A stretch of DNA of 62,587 nucleotides, filler included. It is 5 parts of 5 records of this genome, joined end to end, with 100 filler letters (N's around TTAATTAATTAA, not from the genome) between each part and the next. Parts side by side here need not be neighbours in the genome. Positions count along the whole stretch, not along the records: positions 1 to 19,573 come from SRR20825010_4939; 4 more parts are not named here. One strand, given 5' to 3'. Positions 1-9,630 of this stretch are shown one piece after another. The notes below the pieces were generated by a model. The model searched no databases. It saw only the letters and a list, made by a program, of their open reading frames with translations, and had not been told where the DNA came from. Position 1 is the stretch's first letter. The number at the start of each line of letters is the position of its first letter. The translations under genes were made by a program, and so were the position numbers.

Positions 1-29
1 TGAAGCCCTCTATTATTGGGGGTATTACC

Positions 30-45
30 CTACCTTTTTAGGTGG
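30..45. promoter_or_regulatory. Candidate operator CTAC-N8-GTGG upstream of the hydantoinase operon
   Basis: CTACCTTTTTAGGTGG is a near-palindrome; a matching CTAC-N8-GTAG lies upstream of the MalT-like regulator (9086-9101). Function is inferred. Confidence 0.35.
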
Positions 46-196
46 GTAGGTAAAATAAAGCCATAATTGGATGCCTACCAGTTTAACCGGGAAAACTACC
101 GGCCGATCACATTGCGAATTTCTTTCAATGAACGCCAACCTTAAGTGGCGCGGTAAGGGCCGCGTTTGGTGAGGGTTTATTTGAAAGAGGTTATGT

Positions 197-1756
197 ATGC
201 GGATCGGTGTGGATGTGGGAGGCACGAACACAGATGCGGTTCTTCTTGACGGGGATCGCGTTTTATCTTGGTGCAAGAAGCCCACAACACCAGATGTGGA
301 GGCGGGCATCGTTGCGGCCCTGCGGCATGTGCTTGACGAGGGTGCAATCGGCCCGGAGGCCATCCAGTGTGTGATGATCGGCACAACGCATTTCACCAAT
401 GCATTTGTGGAACGAAGGCACTTGTTACCTGTCGGAGTGCTGCGTATAGCCCTGCCTGCCGCGCGCGCGCTGCCACCACTCCTGGACTGGCCCGCTGACA
501 TCGCAGAAGCTATTGGCGAGCATGTGCACCTTGTGCGAGGTGGATACCAGTATGATGGCCGGCTGAATGCGGCGCTTGATGAACAGGGTGTGCGAGACGT
601 TGCCGCAAGGCTTCGGTCTGACGGCATTCGTACGGTGGCGATCACTGGTCTTTTTTCCTCTGTCAACAGTGACATGGAGAACCGCGCGGCGGAGATCGTG
701 CGCGAGGTTATGGGCGAGGTGAGCATTTCATTGTCGCATACCATTGGACGGATCGGCATTCTTGAGCGTGAGAATGCGACAATTATGAACGCTTCGCTCG
801 CTGATTTGGCAACCTCAGTTGTCCGATCATTTGGCAAGGCGCTTGAGAAGCTTCAAATCAATGCACCGTTTTATATCAGCCAGAACGACGGCACCCTGAT
901 GAGTGCGGAGTTCGTTGAACGTTACCCTGTTTTGACTTTTGCGAGCGGACCAACCAACAGCATGCGGGGCGCGGCCTATCTTTCCGGCGTGAAGGATGCG
1001 CTGGTGGCCGACATCGGCGGCACCACCACCGATATCGGCATGCTGGTGAACGGTTATCCGCGCGAGTCATCCGTTACCGTCGATATTGGCGGTGTGCGTA
1101 CCAACTTCCGTATGCCTGATGTGTTAGCAGTTGGCCTTGGTGGCGGTAGCCTTGTGGCGAGCGATGGTGAGGAGGTGACGGTAGGGCCCAAGTCTGTCGG
1201 CTACAGGTTGCTTGAAGATGGTCGGGTGTTTGGCGGTGATACGCTGACCGCGACCGATATCGCCGTGGCCGACGGTTATGCAGACATTGGTGAACGGGCA
1301 AAGGTTGCTGACCTCGCACCTACATTGGTGAGGAAGGCCGTCGAGAAAATTCACGCCATTGTGGCGGAAGGTGTCGACCGCATGAAAACAAGCGGGAAGC
1401 CGGTGCCCCTTATTCTTGTGGGTGGCGGCGCGGTGTTGATCAAGGACGAAATTAGCGGGATAAGCCAGACCATCGTACCGGACCACGCTGGGGTGGCCAA
1501 CGCTATCGGCGCCGCTATTGCCCAGATCGGGGCGGAGATCGACAAGGTTGTCTCCTACGATGAACAGGGCCGCGATGCCGCGTTGTCAATCGCGAAGAAT
1601 GAAGCCGTAGCGAAGGCTATTGAAGCGGGAGCTGAAGCTGGCAGCGTGGAAATTATCGATATCGAAGAAGTGCCACTTGCTTATGTGCCGGGCGGTGCCG
1701 TTCGCGTGCGGGTAAAGGCTGCCGGACGGCTTAACTTCACCAAAGAAACGACATGA
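197..1756 (+). CDS. Hydantoinase/oxoprolinase family protein (hydantoinase A-like, ATP-dependent)
   Basis: 519 aa; N-terminal IGVDVGGTNTD, SGPTNS and DIGGTTTDIG motifs typical of the family; GAGG RBS upstream. Confidence 0.93.
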   Translation: MRIGVDVGGTNTDAVLLDGDRVLSWCKKPTTPDVEAGIVAALRHVLDEGAIGPEAIQCVMIGTTHFTNAFVERRHLLPVGVLRIALPAARALPPLLDWPADIAEAIGEHVHLVRGGYQYDGRLNAALDEQGVRDVAARLRSDGIRTVAITGLFSSVNSDMENRAAEIVREVMGEVSISLSHTIGRIGILERENATIMNASLADLATSVVRSFGKALEKLQINAPFYISQNDGTLMSAEFVERYPVLTFASGPTNSMRGAAYLSGVKDALVADIGGTTTDIGMLVNGYPRESSVTVDIGGVRTNFRMPDVLAVGLGGGSLVASDGEEVTVGPKSVGYRLLEDGRVFGGDTLTATDIAVADGYADIGERAKVADLAPTLVRKAVEKIHAIVAEGVDRMKTSGKPVPLILVGGGAVLIKDEISGISQTIVPDHAGVANAIGAAIAQIGAEIDKVVSYDEQGRDAALSIAKNEAVAKAIEAGAEAGSVEIIDIEEVPLAYVPGGAVRVRVKAAGRLNFTKETT

Positions 1757-1772
1757 GGGGCAAGACTGTATA

Positions 1773-2870
1773 ATGACGAAGATCAGTATAACACCTGAGA
1801 ATTTGGAAGATTTTGCCCGTGGCGCTGCTTTTCTTGGCACCGGTGGCGGCGGCGACCCCTATATCGGACGCATGCTTGCGCACCATGCCATGCAGGAATT
1901 TGGGGTTCCCGAGATTATCACCGCGGAGGAACTCGGAGACAACGACCTTGTGCTAACGGCTGCTATGCTTGGTTCCCCGCCTGTCTTGCTTGAAAAGGCT
2001 TGTTGCGGCGAGGATATGGATCTTGCAATCCATAAACTTGAAGAGCACCTTGGTCGGAAAGCGAAAGCTATTCTGCCGATTGAGATTGGCGGTGTGAATT
2101 CCACCTTGCCTATCTTGGCGGCTGCCCGCCTTGGTTTGCCCGTCATCGATGCGGATGGCATGGGGAGAGCCTTCCCCGAACTGCAGATGGTGACATTCAA
2201 TGTCTACGGCTGCTCCGCCACTCCGCTCGTGGTAACAGACGAGCATATGAATTCGGTCCTGATCGAGGCGGATAGTGGCCCCCGTGCCGAAGGGCTTGTG
2301 CGCGCTACAGCCATCCAGATGGGGTTGAGTGTGATGATCTCATCCTTCCCACTTGTTGGGAGGCAGGTAAAGGATTTTGCTGTTCACGGTACCCTGAGTT
2401 TGGCGCTTGGGATTGGGGAAGCAATCAGGAAAGGTCGTCTTCAAGGGGACCCGATATCGGCCCTCGTCTCCTATCTCAGGACAACGCCTTACTACAATCA
2501 TGCCAAAATGCTCTTCGACGGCAAGGTCGCTGACCTCAAGCGAGAAACAACGCGCGGATTTTCCATTGGCCATTGTCACCTTGAGGCGCTGGACGGCTCT
2601 GCCCGGCGCATGGAAGTGACTTTCCAGAACGAACATCTGGTCGCGCGGGAGAACGGTGTGACACGCGCCATCGTGCCGGACCTTATCTGCATGGTGGACC
2701 GCGAGACGGGAGAGCCAATCCCGGCTGAACACCTGCGATATGGCCAGCGCATCAAGGTTATTGCGACCTCGGCTGCACCGATCATGCGGACGCCGGAGGC
2801 TCTTGAGGTCTTTGGGCCGCGACAATTTGGCTTTGATGAAGATTTTGTACCAATCGAAGAAATGCAATAA
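1773..2870 (+). CDS. DUF917 family protein (thiohydantoin desulfurase-like fold)
   Basis: 365 aa; GAAFLGTGGGGDP, EIGGVN, DADGMGRAFPELQM, FQNE and VPDLI motifs characteristic of DUF917. Confidence 0.92.
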   Translation: MTKISITPENLEDFARGAAFLGTGGGGDPYIGRMLAHHAMQEFGVPEIITAEELGDNDLVLTAAMLGSPPVLLEKACCGEDMDLAIHKLEEHLGRKAKAILPIEIGGVNSTLPILAAARLGLPVIDADGMGRAFPELQMVTFNVYGCSATPLVVTDEHMNSVLIEADSGPRAEGLVRATAIQMGLSVMISSFPLVGRQVKDFAVHGTLSLALGIGEAIRKGRLQGDPISALVSYLRTTPYYNHAKMLFDGKVADLKRETTRGFSIGHCHLEALDGSARRMEVTFQNEHLVARENGVTRAIVPDLICMVDRETGEPIPAEHLRYGQRIKVIATSAAPIMRTPEALEVFGPRQFGFDEDFVPIEEMQ

Positions 2871-2895
2871 GCGAGCATCCATGGGAGGAAGCATC

Positions 2896-5022
2896 ATGAA
2901 ACCACGGACCAGAAATGCCATTGTGGCTTGTACCGCACTAGCTACTATTCTGCCAGCACCGATAGCCAATGCAGCCGACGAGCAAGCGGTTGAAACAATG
3001 GTGCTGGAGGAGATTGTTGTAACGTCAAGGCGGCGGGCCGAGAACCTGCAGTCTGTGCCGGATTCTGTGACAGCCTTTGGTTCTCAGGCGATTGAGCGCG
3101 CGGGCATTGATGACGTGCAGGACTTTGTTGATCTTACACCTAACATCAGCATGCGGGAGACATTTCGTGCCGGTGTGACCTTCATTACCATTCGCGGTAT
3201 TACCACCGGCCAGCAGGGCTGGGCGCCGGTTACCTATGTTGTCGACGGGGTGCAGGCCGGATCGCTAGATGCCATCAACCAGGGTGCCCTCACCGATATT
3301 GAGCGGATCGAGGTTCTGAAGGGTCCGCAGGGTGCCCTCTATGGTGCTGGCGCCATAGCCGGTGCGATCAATATTGTTACTAAAAAGCCGACCAATGAAA
3401 TGGAATATAAGGCGCAGGCCTCTTACGGTAGTGGCAACGATATGAAGCTATCTGGCGTAGTGTCGGGCCCTCTTGTTGAAGACCGTGTATTGTTTCGTCT
3501 TGGCGCCTACTACCGTAACACGGACGGAGTCATTGAAAGTACAGATGGAGACGGGTTGGACTATGAAGAACAGATCAGCCTGAAAGGGCGTCTGTTGTTT
3601 GACTTTGATGCTCTGACAATTGATGTGCGTGGTGCCTATAGTGATGTGACCGCGGGCGCTGCAGCCCAGGAAATCGTGGCAAGCCCAGATTTGATCGACA
3701 ACTTTGACACACCGGGGCCAGCGCGTGGGGTGCGCGGCGAAGAAAAACGGGAGTTCAAGGAATTTTCGGCAAAAATCGATTGGGATATGGGTGGGGGTAC
3801 GCTCACGTCAGTTACCGGGTATAGTGATATCGAGCAGGACCTTTTTGGTTCGGCATCATGGCAAAAGGGGCCAGGCGTTGGGCTTTTTGGGCCGTTCGGG
3901 GGACCGACTGATGCGTTCAATGATTTTTTCCAAGACCTTGCGGATAACTTTGAAACATTCACCCAGGATGTTCGTTTCGCCTCCAACTCTGACCAGCGCG
4001 TTCGCTGGCTTGTCGGTCTGTCGTACATGGACCGTAGGGTTGACAACTTGTTGAGTGTCGGCGGGTTGTTGCAGGGGCTAGAGAAGGACGAGGGCGATAT
4101 GGTACGTCTTCTCTATCGGCCAGACGTACGAAAGGACGAGATCTGGGGCGGCTATGGTCAGGTCAGTGTCGATGTCACCGACCGCCTGGAGCTGACAGGC
4201 GCCGTTCGGTACGACACCAACAACTATAATGCGATCCAATACACGGACCTGAGCTATACTACGCCGGTACCAACACCTGATGGCATCATCACCCAGAAGG
4301 CAAAAAATAGTCGCTGGCAACCAAAGATCCAGTTGTCTTACGACTGGAGCGATGACGTAATGACCTATGTGACCTACGCGGAGGGGTTCCGCTTTGGATT
4401 CTTCAATACCGGTAACCTGACAGCGCCGGAAGACACGAAAAACTATGAGCTTGGTCTCAAGACCACCTTGGCCGATGGTCGTGTCAGATTGAATGGTGCA
4501 CTGTTTCACATCGACTATTCGGACCAGCAGTTTACCTCGGTAATTGGTGAAGCGCCGTTTCGCCTGACAACCAATGTGCCGCAAGCCAATATCAATGGCG
4601 GTGAGTTGGAAGTCAGCGCACTTCTGACCGAAGAGCTTGAATTTTCAGGCGGTCTTGGCGTCACAGACGCAAAGATTAAAGGCGGGCAGCGCTCACCGGG
4701 AACGCCTGAGTATAGTGTGAATCTATCACTGACTTACACGCGTGAGCTTGGTGATGGCTGGGACCTGATCTCCCGCGCCGATTACCGTCGCCAGGGCACG
4801 ATGATGCTGTGGGACGGAGCAGGTGGAGTGTTTGAAGTGGAAGAAAAGGATTTCCTAAACCTGCGGCTCAAACTTCGTCACGACAATTGGTTCATTGGTG
4901 CGTTTGCCGACAACCTGACCAATGAACAGCAGGCCAATGATTTTGGCTCGGTCGGCTTTGGGTATCTTCGAGCCAACAGCTTGCCACGTGTCATTGGGGT
5001 TGAGGCGGGGTTTAGCTTCTAA
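2896..5022 (+). CDS. TonB-dependent outer membrane receptor
   Basis: Start moved to the ATG at 2896 (GGAGG RBS at 2884-2888); signal peptide; LEEIVVTSRRRAENLQ TonB-box/plug start; IERIEVLKGPQGALYG; C-terminal Phe. Confidence 0.95.
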   Translation: MKPRTRNAIVACTALATILPAPIANAADEQAVETMVLEEIVVTSRRRAENLQSVPDSVTAFGSQAIERAGIDDVQDFVDLTPNISMRETFRAGVTFITIRGITTGQQGWAPVTYVVDGVQAGSLDAINQGALTDIERIEVLKGPQGALYGAGAIAGAINIVTKKPTNEMEYKAQASYGSGNDMKLSGVVSGPLVEDRVLFRLGAYYRNTDGVIESTDGDGLDYEEQISLKGRLLFDFDALTIDVRGAYSDVTAGAAAQEIVASPDLIDNFDTPGPARGVRGEEKREFKEFSAKIDWDMGGGTLTSVTGYSDIEQDLFGSASWQKGPGVGLFGPFGGPTDAFNDFFQDLADNFETFTQDVRFASNSDQRVRWLVGLSYMDRRVDNLLSVGGLLQGLEKDEGDMVRLLYRPDVRKDEIWGGYGQVSVDVTDRLELTGAVRYDTNNYNAIQYTDLSYTTPVPTPDGIITQKAKNSRWQPKIQLSYDWSDDVMTYVTYAEGFRFGFFNTGNLTAPEDTKNYELGLKTTLADGRVRLNGALFHIDYSDQQFTSVIGEAPFRLTTNVPQANINGGELEVSALLTEELEFSGGLGVTDAKIKGGQRSPGTPEYSVNLSLTYTRELGDGWDLISRADYRRQGTMMLWDGAGGVFEVEEKDFLNLRLKLRHDNWFIGAFADNLTNEQQANDFGSVGFGYLRANSLPRVIGVEAGFSF

Positions 5023-5050
5023 ATGTATGCCCATTGCAACAACCATGACT

Positions 5051-5082
5051 GGGATCGGGGTGTGCTTGCCCCGGTCCCTTTT
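5051..5082 (+). terminator. Intra-operon stem-loop (attenuator or mRNA stabiliser)
   Basis: GGGATCGGGG/CCCCGGTCCC 10-bp stem followed by TTTT, between the receptor and permease genes. Confidence 0.5.
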
Positions 5083-5108
5083 CCATCTCCGGGGACCCGA
5101 CAGACATC

Positions 5109-6353
5109 ATGACAAACCTACTCACTGAACAACCCAGGGCAGACGAACTAGTATCTGGCTTACGTATTGCCTTGGTTGTTGTTGGCACTGCGATCACGTT
5201 GCCAGCCTTCCTGGTGGGGACCGAAATCCTGACAACATTGGGTGTTGTCAGCGGCGGCCTTGCTGTACTGATGGGTGGAGTTATCCTCGCGCTTCTCGCC
5301 TGTGCCTCCATGTTGGTGGCTGTGCGGTCGCGGCTTACTACATACCAACTTCTTGACCACGCTTTTGGACTGGCCGCCAGCCGTATTGCGAGCTTCATAG
5401 TCGCAGCTACGCTGCTTGGCTGGTTTGGCGTAACCGCTGCACTTTTCGGGCAGTCACTTTCGGCATCCTTGCATGAGGTGTTGGGTGTCGTGGTGCCGGA
5501 ATGGGCCTGCACAGTAGCCGGGTGTTTGCTAATGACAGTTACCACGCTTTACGGTTTTTCAGCGTTGGAAAAGCTCAGCAAAATTGCCGTTCCCGTCATG
5601 TTCTTTATCTTGATTTATGCGGTTGTAAAGGTTGTGCACGATGTTTCCCTCACCGATATCCTGGCCGCTGGGCCAGTTGAGGGTGCGAGGCCACTGGCTT
5701 TTGGCGCGGCGGTGTCCATCATCGTGGGGTCGTTCATGGTAGGGGTTTGCATCTTGCCTGATATTTCCCGCTTTATCCGGCGTCCGAGGCAGGTTTTGCA
5801 TGCGTCGTTCGGCAGTTTTGGATCTTTTTTCCCTCTAATCCTGATCGTGGCAGGGCTTCCGGGGGTTCTCGTTGGTGAAAAAGATCTCGTTATGAGCATG
5901 GTATCGTCCGGCCTCGGCTTGCCGGCACTTGTCATGATGGTTCTGGCAAGCTGGACGACCAATGTCAGCAATCTCTATTCTTCCTCCCTAGGGCTTGGAC
6001 AGGCGTTTCCGCGCCTCGGACGGGCGCAAGTTGTGTGGGTGGCTGGACTTGTCGGGCTCCTCATCTCGCTTGCGGGGATACGAGACCATTTTGTCGATTT
6101 CCTGATATTTCTGGGCGTGCTAATCCCACCGATCGCAGGTGTATATATTGCCCACTCGTTCGCGGGCCTGCCGTCCCGTGGTTCGGCTCTCTCGCTGCTG
6201 GCTATTGGGGCGTGGCTGGGTGGCACCTGTCTCGCTTTAGTGACCTCGATGGGTTATATAAACCTGACCTTCGTGCCTGCGCTTGACAGCTTTTTCGCGG
6301 CTGTGGCCCTCTATCTCATCTTCACAAGAGGCCGCGCTTCGACGCCTCGTTGA
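5109..6353 (+). CDS. Cytosine/purine permease (NCS1, CodB-like)
   Basis: 414 aa with about 12 hydrophobic segments; GWFGV, PDISRF and WTTNVSNLYS motifs. Confidence 0.88.
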   Translation: MTNLLTEQPRADELVSGLRIALVVVGTAITLPAFLVGTEILTTLGVVSGGLAVLMGGVILALLACASMLVAVRSRLTTYQLLDHAFGLAASRIASFIVAATLLGWFGVTAALFGQSLSASLHEVLGVVVPEWACTVAGCLLMTVTTLYGFSALEKLSKIAVPVMFFILIYAVVKVVHDVSLTDILAAGPVEGARPLAFGAAVSIIVGSFMVGVCILPDISRFIRRPRQVLHASFGSFGSFFPLILIVAGLPGVLVGEKDLVMSMVSSGLGLPALVMMVLASWTTNVSNLYSSSLGLGQAFPRLGRAQVVWVAGLVGLLISLAGIRDHFVDFLIFLGVLIPPIAGVYIAHSFAGLPSRGSALSLLAIGAWLGGTCLALVTSMGYINLTFVPALDSFFAAVALYLIFTRGRASTPR

Positions 6354-9003
6354 CCGCCATCAACCGATTGCCGACGCCAAGTTTGCTATATATATTCTTG
6401 AGGTGAAACCGCACCGTGTTCTCAGAGACATCCAGCTGGCGGGCGATCACCTTGTCGGCATGACCTTCCGATAGTTGTCCCAATACTTCCTGCTCGCGCT
6501 TGCTCAGCTTCGGGGCGGTACCTCCGTCCCTGCTTTCATGTAGGTGGTTCAAAAGATAGGATACGTGGTCCTGTTCCTTTTTTTTGTCTGATACGGCATA
6601 TGCCTCAAGGATTGGGGTGATAAAGGGCATTTCGTCCAGAACAAAGCGCAACAGGCCCTGCTTGCGGACAAATGCGATCACCGGTTCGAGCTTTTCAAAC
6701 GCGGCTTCAAGGTCGCCGGTCTGGAAGATAGCGGCGGCGGTTAATAGTTCATACTTATTGACAGCGCGGCCTTCCCCGCGCTCGGTTGCGGCTGCAATAA
6801 AATACTCGAGCTGTTCGACGACCTCGCCGGTGCGGCCTTCGGCTAGACAAAGAACCGCAAGCGCGCGCACAACAGCATATACCTCCCTAACAGAGTGCGG
6901 GACGTTGGTGTTCTCGCGATAGCCGGTGAAGGATAGGTTGTGGGCCTGTGCCAGTTTCCGGGCCCTGGCGGTCTTGCCTTCCTGGCACAGATAGGCAACC
7001 TGGTTTGCCATCACCAGCCGGTTCAGCCGCTTGAGACCTTCCCGGCGGATATAAGTGCATGCCTCGTCCCCAAGCGCAAGGCATGCCGCAAGACCTCGGG
7101 TGCGATAAGTAATGGCGGTCGAAAGTGTGTAGCCTGTGGCATAAATCTCATACCAGGCTTCGCCGGTTTCCAGGCGTCGGTTGATATTACCTAATAGTCG
7201 CTCCGCCGTTGCTAGTTCGTCTTTTTCATAGTGCCATTCCGCGAGAAGGATATTCAACACAAGACGGAGGTCCTTGTCGTCTATGAAATGGCGTCGTTGG
7301 CTGTCCTGTACCTTTGTATAACAGTCGTGTGCTTGGTCATACTTGCCTTGCGCCGTGGCAATAACGCCTAGGTGCACATGAATGTATGTCTCGCCAAAGA
7401 CAGAACTCTGTTCCTGAAAGTGGCTGATTGCCAGTTCGGCAACCCGCCTAGCTTCGTCATAGAACCCTTTCTGCAGGTTAAATACGCATAAAATGGTGTA
7501 AACAAAGCCTACCTGTTGTTTGTCTTCCTGCTCAAAGCGGTTGAGCGCATCGACAAGGTTTGTGCTTACCGCCTCACTAAGGGGCGTGCCTTCATAAACA
7601 GCCAGGGTAGCGGCAATGACTGCTAGGTCATAGTCCAGCAACGGGGTGGGGGCGAACTCACCCTTTTCTTTCTGTCGTAATATGCGTGAATAAATGTGCC
7701 GCGCGTCATTTAGGTGGCCGTCCTTCAGGAAAATAAGTGCACGAAGCAGTCCGATACGTGGGCGCTTTGCAACAATCGCGTCGGGCAGCAATTCATGCGC
7801 TTTACGGATGCGAGACATTCCCTCTCGGTTCCAAAGCAAAATACCACCAGCCTGTTCAAGAATGTCAGCCGCTGTTTCCGGTGCATTTGCGTCAAGGGCG
7901 TGGCGTATTGCCCGAATGATATGACCATCATGCATGAAGTGCCGTGCCGCAGCGTGGTTGATCTCAGCAAGCCGTTTTGGCGCGCGCGCGGAAAGAAGGC
8001 GATGTAGTGCCTCACGGAACATGGGGTGCAGCCGGTACCAGCCTTCCCGGTCTTCCATTGGCCTGACAAGTGGGGTCAGGTGTCCCAACTCCTGCAGGAG
8101 CTGCGCGCTTCCACTTGCTCCACGGATGGCGTCAGCTGTTATGCAGTCAAATTCGGGTAAAACGCTGGCGTCCAGCAGGAATTCCCGGTGGTGGGAGGGC
8201 AGGCGGCCAATAATATGTTCGTCAATATAATCCCGAATGTCGCGGTTTGTGCCGCTAAACATCGCCAGCACCTTTGCGGGTTCACGGTGGTCGGTGATGG
8301 CGCTCTTGATAAGCTGCACCGCAACGGGCCAGCCCTGGGTATGCTGCCCCACCTCTTTCATGAGCGCTTTGTTCAGGTCGGCTTTAAGGAGGGAGGCTTG
8401 TTCAAACGGGGTAAACTTCAGCGCGTCTGCGTTCATTTCATAAAGTTCGCCCTGTGCACGTAGAGAGGACAGGCTCATTGTCTCTGCCGACCGGGTGGCT
8501 AGTGCAACGTGCATATTGTGTGGGGCATAGCGAAAGAGGGGTGTCAGCACCTGCTCTATAACTTCTTCTGTCAGACTGTTGGCGTTGTCGAGGATCAGTA
8601 TCACTTTTTTCTCGTGCGCCGTGACGGAGGCCAAAAACACGCCGGTTAGCGTTTTAGGAGGCATTTCTGCGGACCAGCCATTGACTGGTATGGCTGAATG
8701 GCCAAGGGAAAGGCCGGCCTGTTCTGCGGCATACAGTAGATAGAGCGCTATCAGGGCGGGATCGTCGTCATCCCGGTCAAGCGTAAGCCACACGATCGTG
8801 CTGTCGCCTCGCGCCTTACGGTACTCCTGCCATGCCGTCAGAAGGGTGGATTTACCGTATCCGGCGGGGGCAGCAAGGACAGTCAGCTTGAGCTTCAGGT
8901 GAAGCTCAAGCTGACGCAGCAACTCTTCTCTGTGCAGCACGCTGACCTGTTGGCGTGGCGGGCTGGCTTTCGTCGGTGTTAGCCAAGCTGGAAAGTCGGG
9001 CAT
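6322..9003 (-). CDS. MalT-like large ATP-binding LuxR family transcriptional regulator
   Basis: Walker A APAGYGKST, TQGWPVA, YRLHPMFRE, TPR-like middle, C-terminal LuxR HTH (LSKREQEVL...TVRFHLKNIYSKLGV); likely start is the ATG at 9003. Confidence 0.93.
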   Translation of the reverse strand: MPDFPAWLTPTKASPPRQQVSVLHREELLRQLELHLKLKLTVLAAPAGYGKSTLLTAWQEYRKARGDSTIVWLTLDRDDDDPALIALYLLYAAEQAGLSLGHSAIPVNGWSAEMPPKTLTGVFLASVTAHEKKVILILDNANSLTEEVIEQVLTPLFRYAPHNMHVALATRSAETMSLSSLRAQGELYEMNADALKFTPFEQASLLKADLNKALMKEVGQHTQGWPVAVQLIKSAITDHREPAKVLAMFSGTNRDIRDYIDEHIIGRLPSHHREFLLDASVLPEFDCITADAIRGASGSAQLLQELGHLTPLVRPMEDREGWYRLHPMFREALHRLLSARAPKRLAEINHAAARHFMHDGHIIRAIRHALDANAPETAADILEQAGGILLWNREGMSRIRKAHELLPDAIVAKRPRIGLLRALIFLKDGHLNDARHIYSRILRQKEKGEFAPTPLLDYDLAVIAATLAVYEGTPLSEAVSTNLVDALNRFEQEDKQQVGFVYTILCVFNLQKGFYDEARRVAELAISHFQEQSSVFGETYIHVHLGVIATAQGKYDQAHDCYTKVQDSQRRHFIDDKDLRLVLNILLAEWHYEKDELATAERLLGNINRRLETGEAWYEIYATGYTLSTAITYRTRGLAACLALGDEACTYIRREGLKRLNRLVMANQVAYLCQEGKTARARKLAQAHNLSFTGYRENTNVPHSVREVYAVVRALAVLCLAEGRTGEVVEQLEYFIAAATERGEGRAVNKYELLTAAAIFQTGDLEAAFEKLEPVIAFVRKQGLLRFVLDEMPFITPILEAYAVSDKKKEQDHVSYLLNHLHESRDGGTAPKLSKREQEVLGQLSEGHADKVIARQLDVSENTVRFHLKNIYSKLGVGNRLMAVNEASKRGLL

Positions 9004-9085
9004 GGGTGTCCTTTTTCTTGACGGCCGTGCAGGTGTGTCCATCAAGCGGGGTCCGCAGCGACACTAATTTAGCCTACTATAATAG

Positions 9086-9101
9086 CTACCGAAATAAGTA
9101 G
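9086..9101. promoter_or_regulatory. Candidate autoregulatory operator CTAC-N8-GTAG
   Basis: CTACCGAAATAAGTAG about 80 nt upstream of the regulator start; resembles the site at 30-45. Confidence 0.35.
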
Positions 9102-9630
9102 GAAAGTAAAGTTTCCAACACCTCCACCGATGCAATATTCTTGAGAAATTGATTAGGTTAAACTTGGAGCTGCTTCAGCGAGGACGTTCGAGCCCTATCA
9201 TCCGTTCATAGCTGAAACAGGCGGTTAGAATGCTATGTTAATTTAGGACGATCTATTGTTCCTAGCGGTGTTATCTATCGCAGGGCTATTTACTATAGTA
9301 ACGATATGGAGCAGGGCGTGATTAGCAGGTGAGGTGAAATTCACTCGCTAAGACGAGATCGGGACCATGCCCCAATTACCCCAAAAAACTTCGTAGAACC
9401 GGTCGGAGGGAAACTGACGCTCTCGGCCGAATACTTAGGAGGATGTTTGACTCTCCGGCTTGGCTGGAGCCCCACGCTGACGATCAACGACCGGATACGT
9501 AACCGTGTTGGTTCAGCTTGCATAATCATGTTTTGTGCAATTTTTTAGTATCTCTGAGAATATGCAAAATTTTCTCATCTCAGAAATAGCTGAACACCAA
9601 TTCGAGGAAGCCTCTGTTGAGGCCTTCTGG

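Noticed and set aside
2740-2895. N-terminal extension of the TonB receptor given by the ORF track
   Set aside because: Overlaps the DUF917 gene; the RBS and signal peptide point to the ATG at 2896
9235-9321. Possible amber read-through ORF (ATG TTA ATT TAG GAC...)
   Set aside because: No recoding signal or supporting machinery is visible; a downstream TTG start explains the hydrophobic frame more simply
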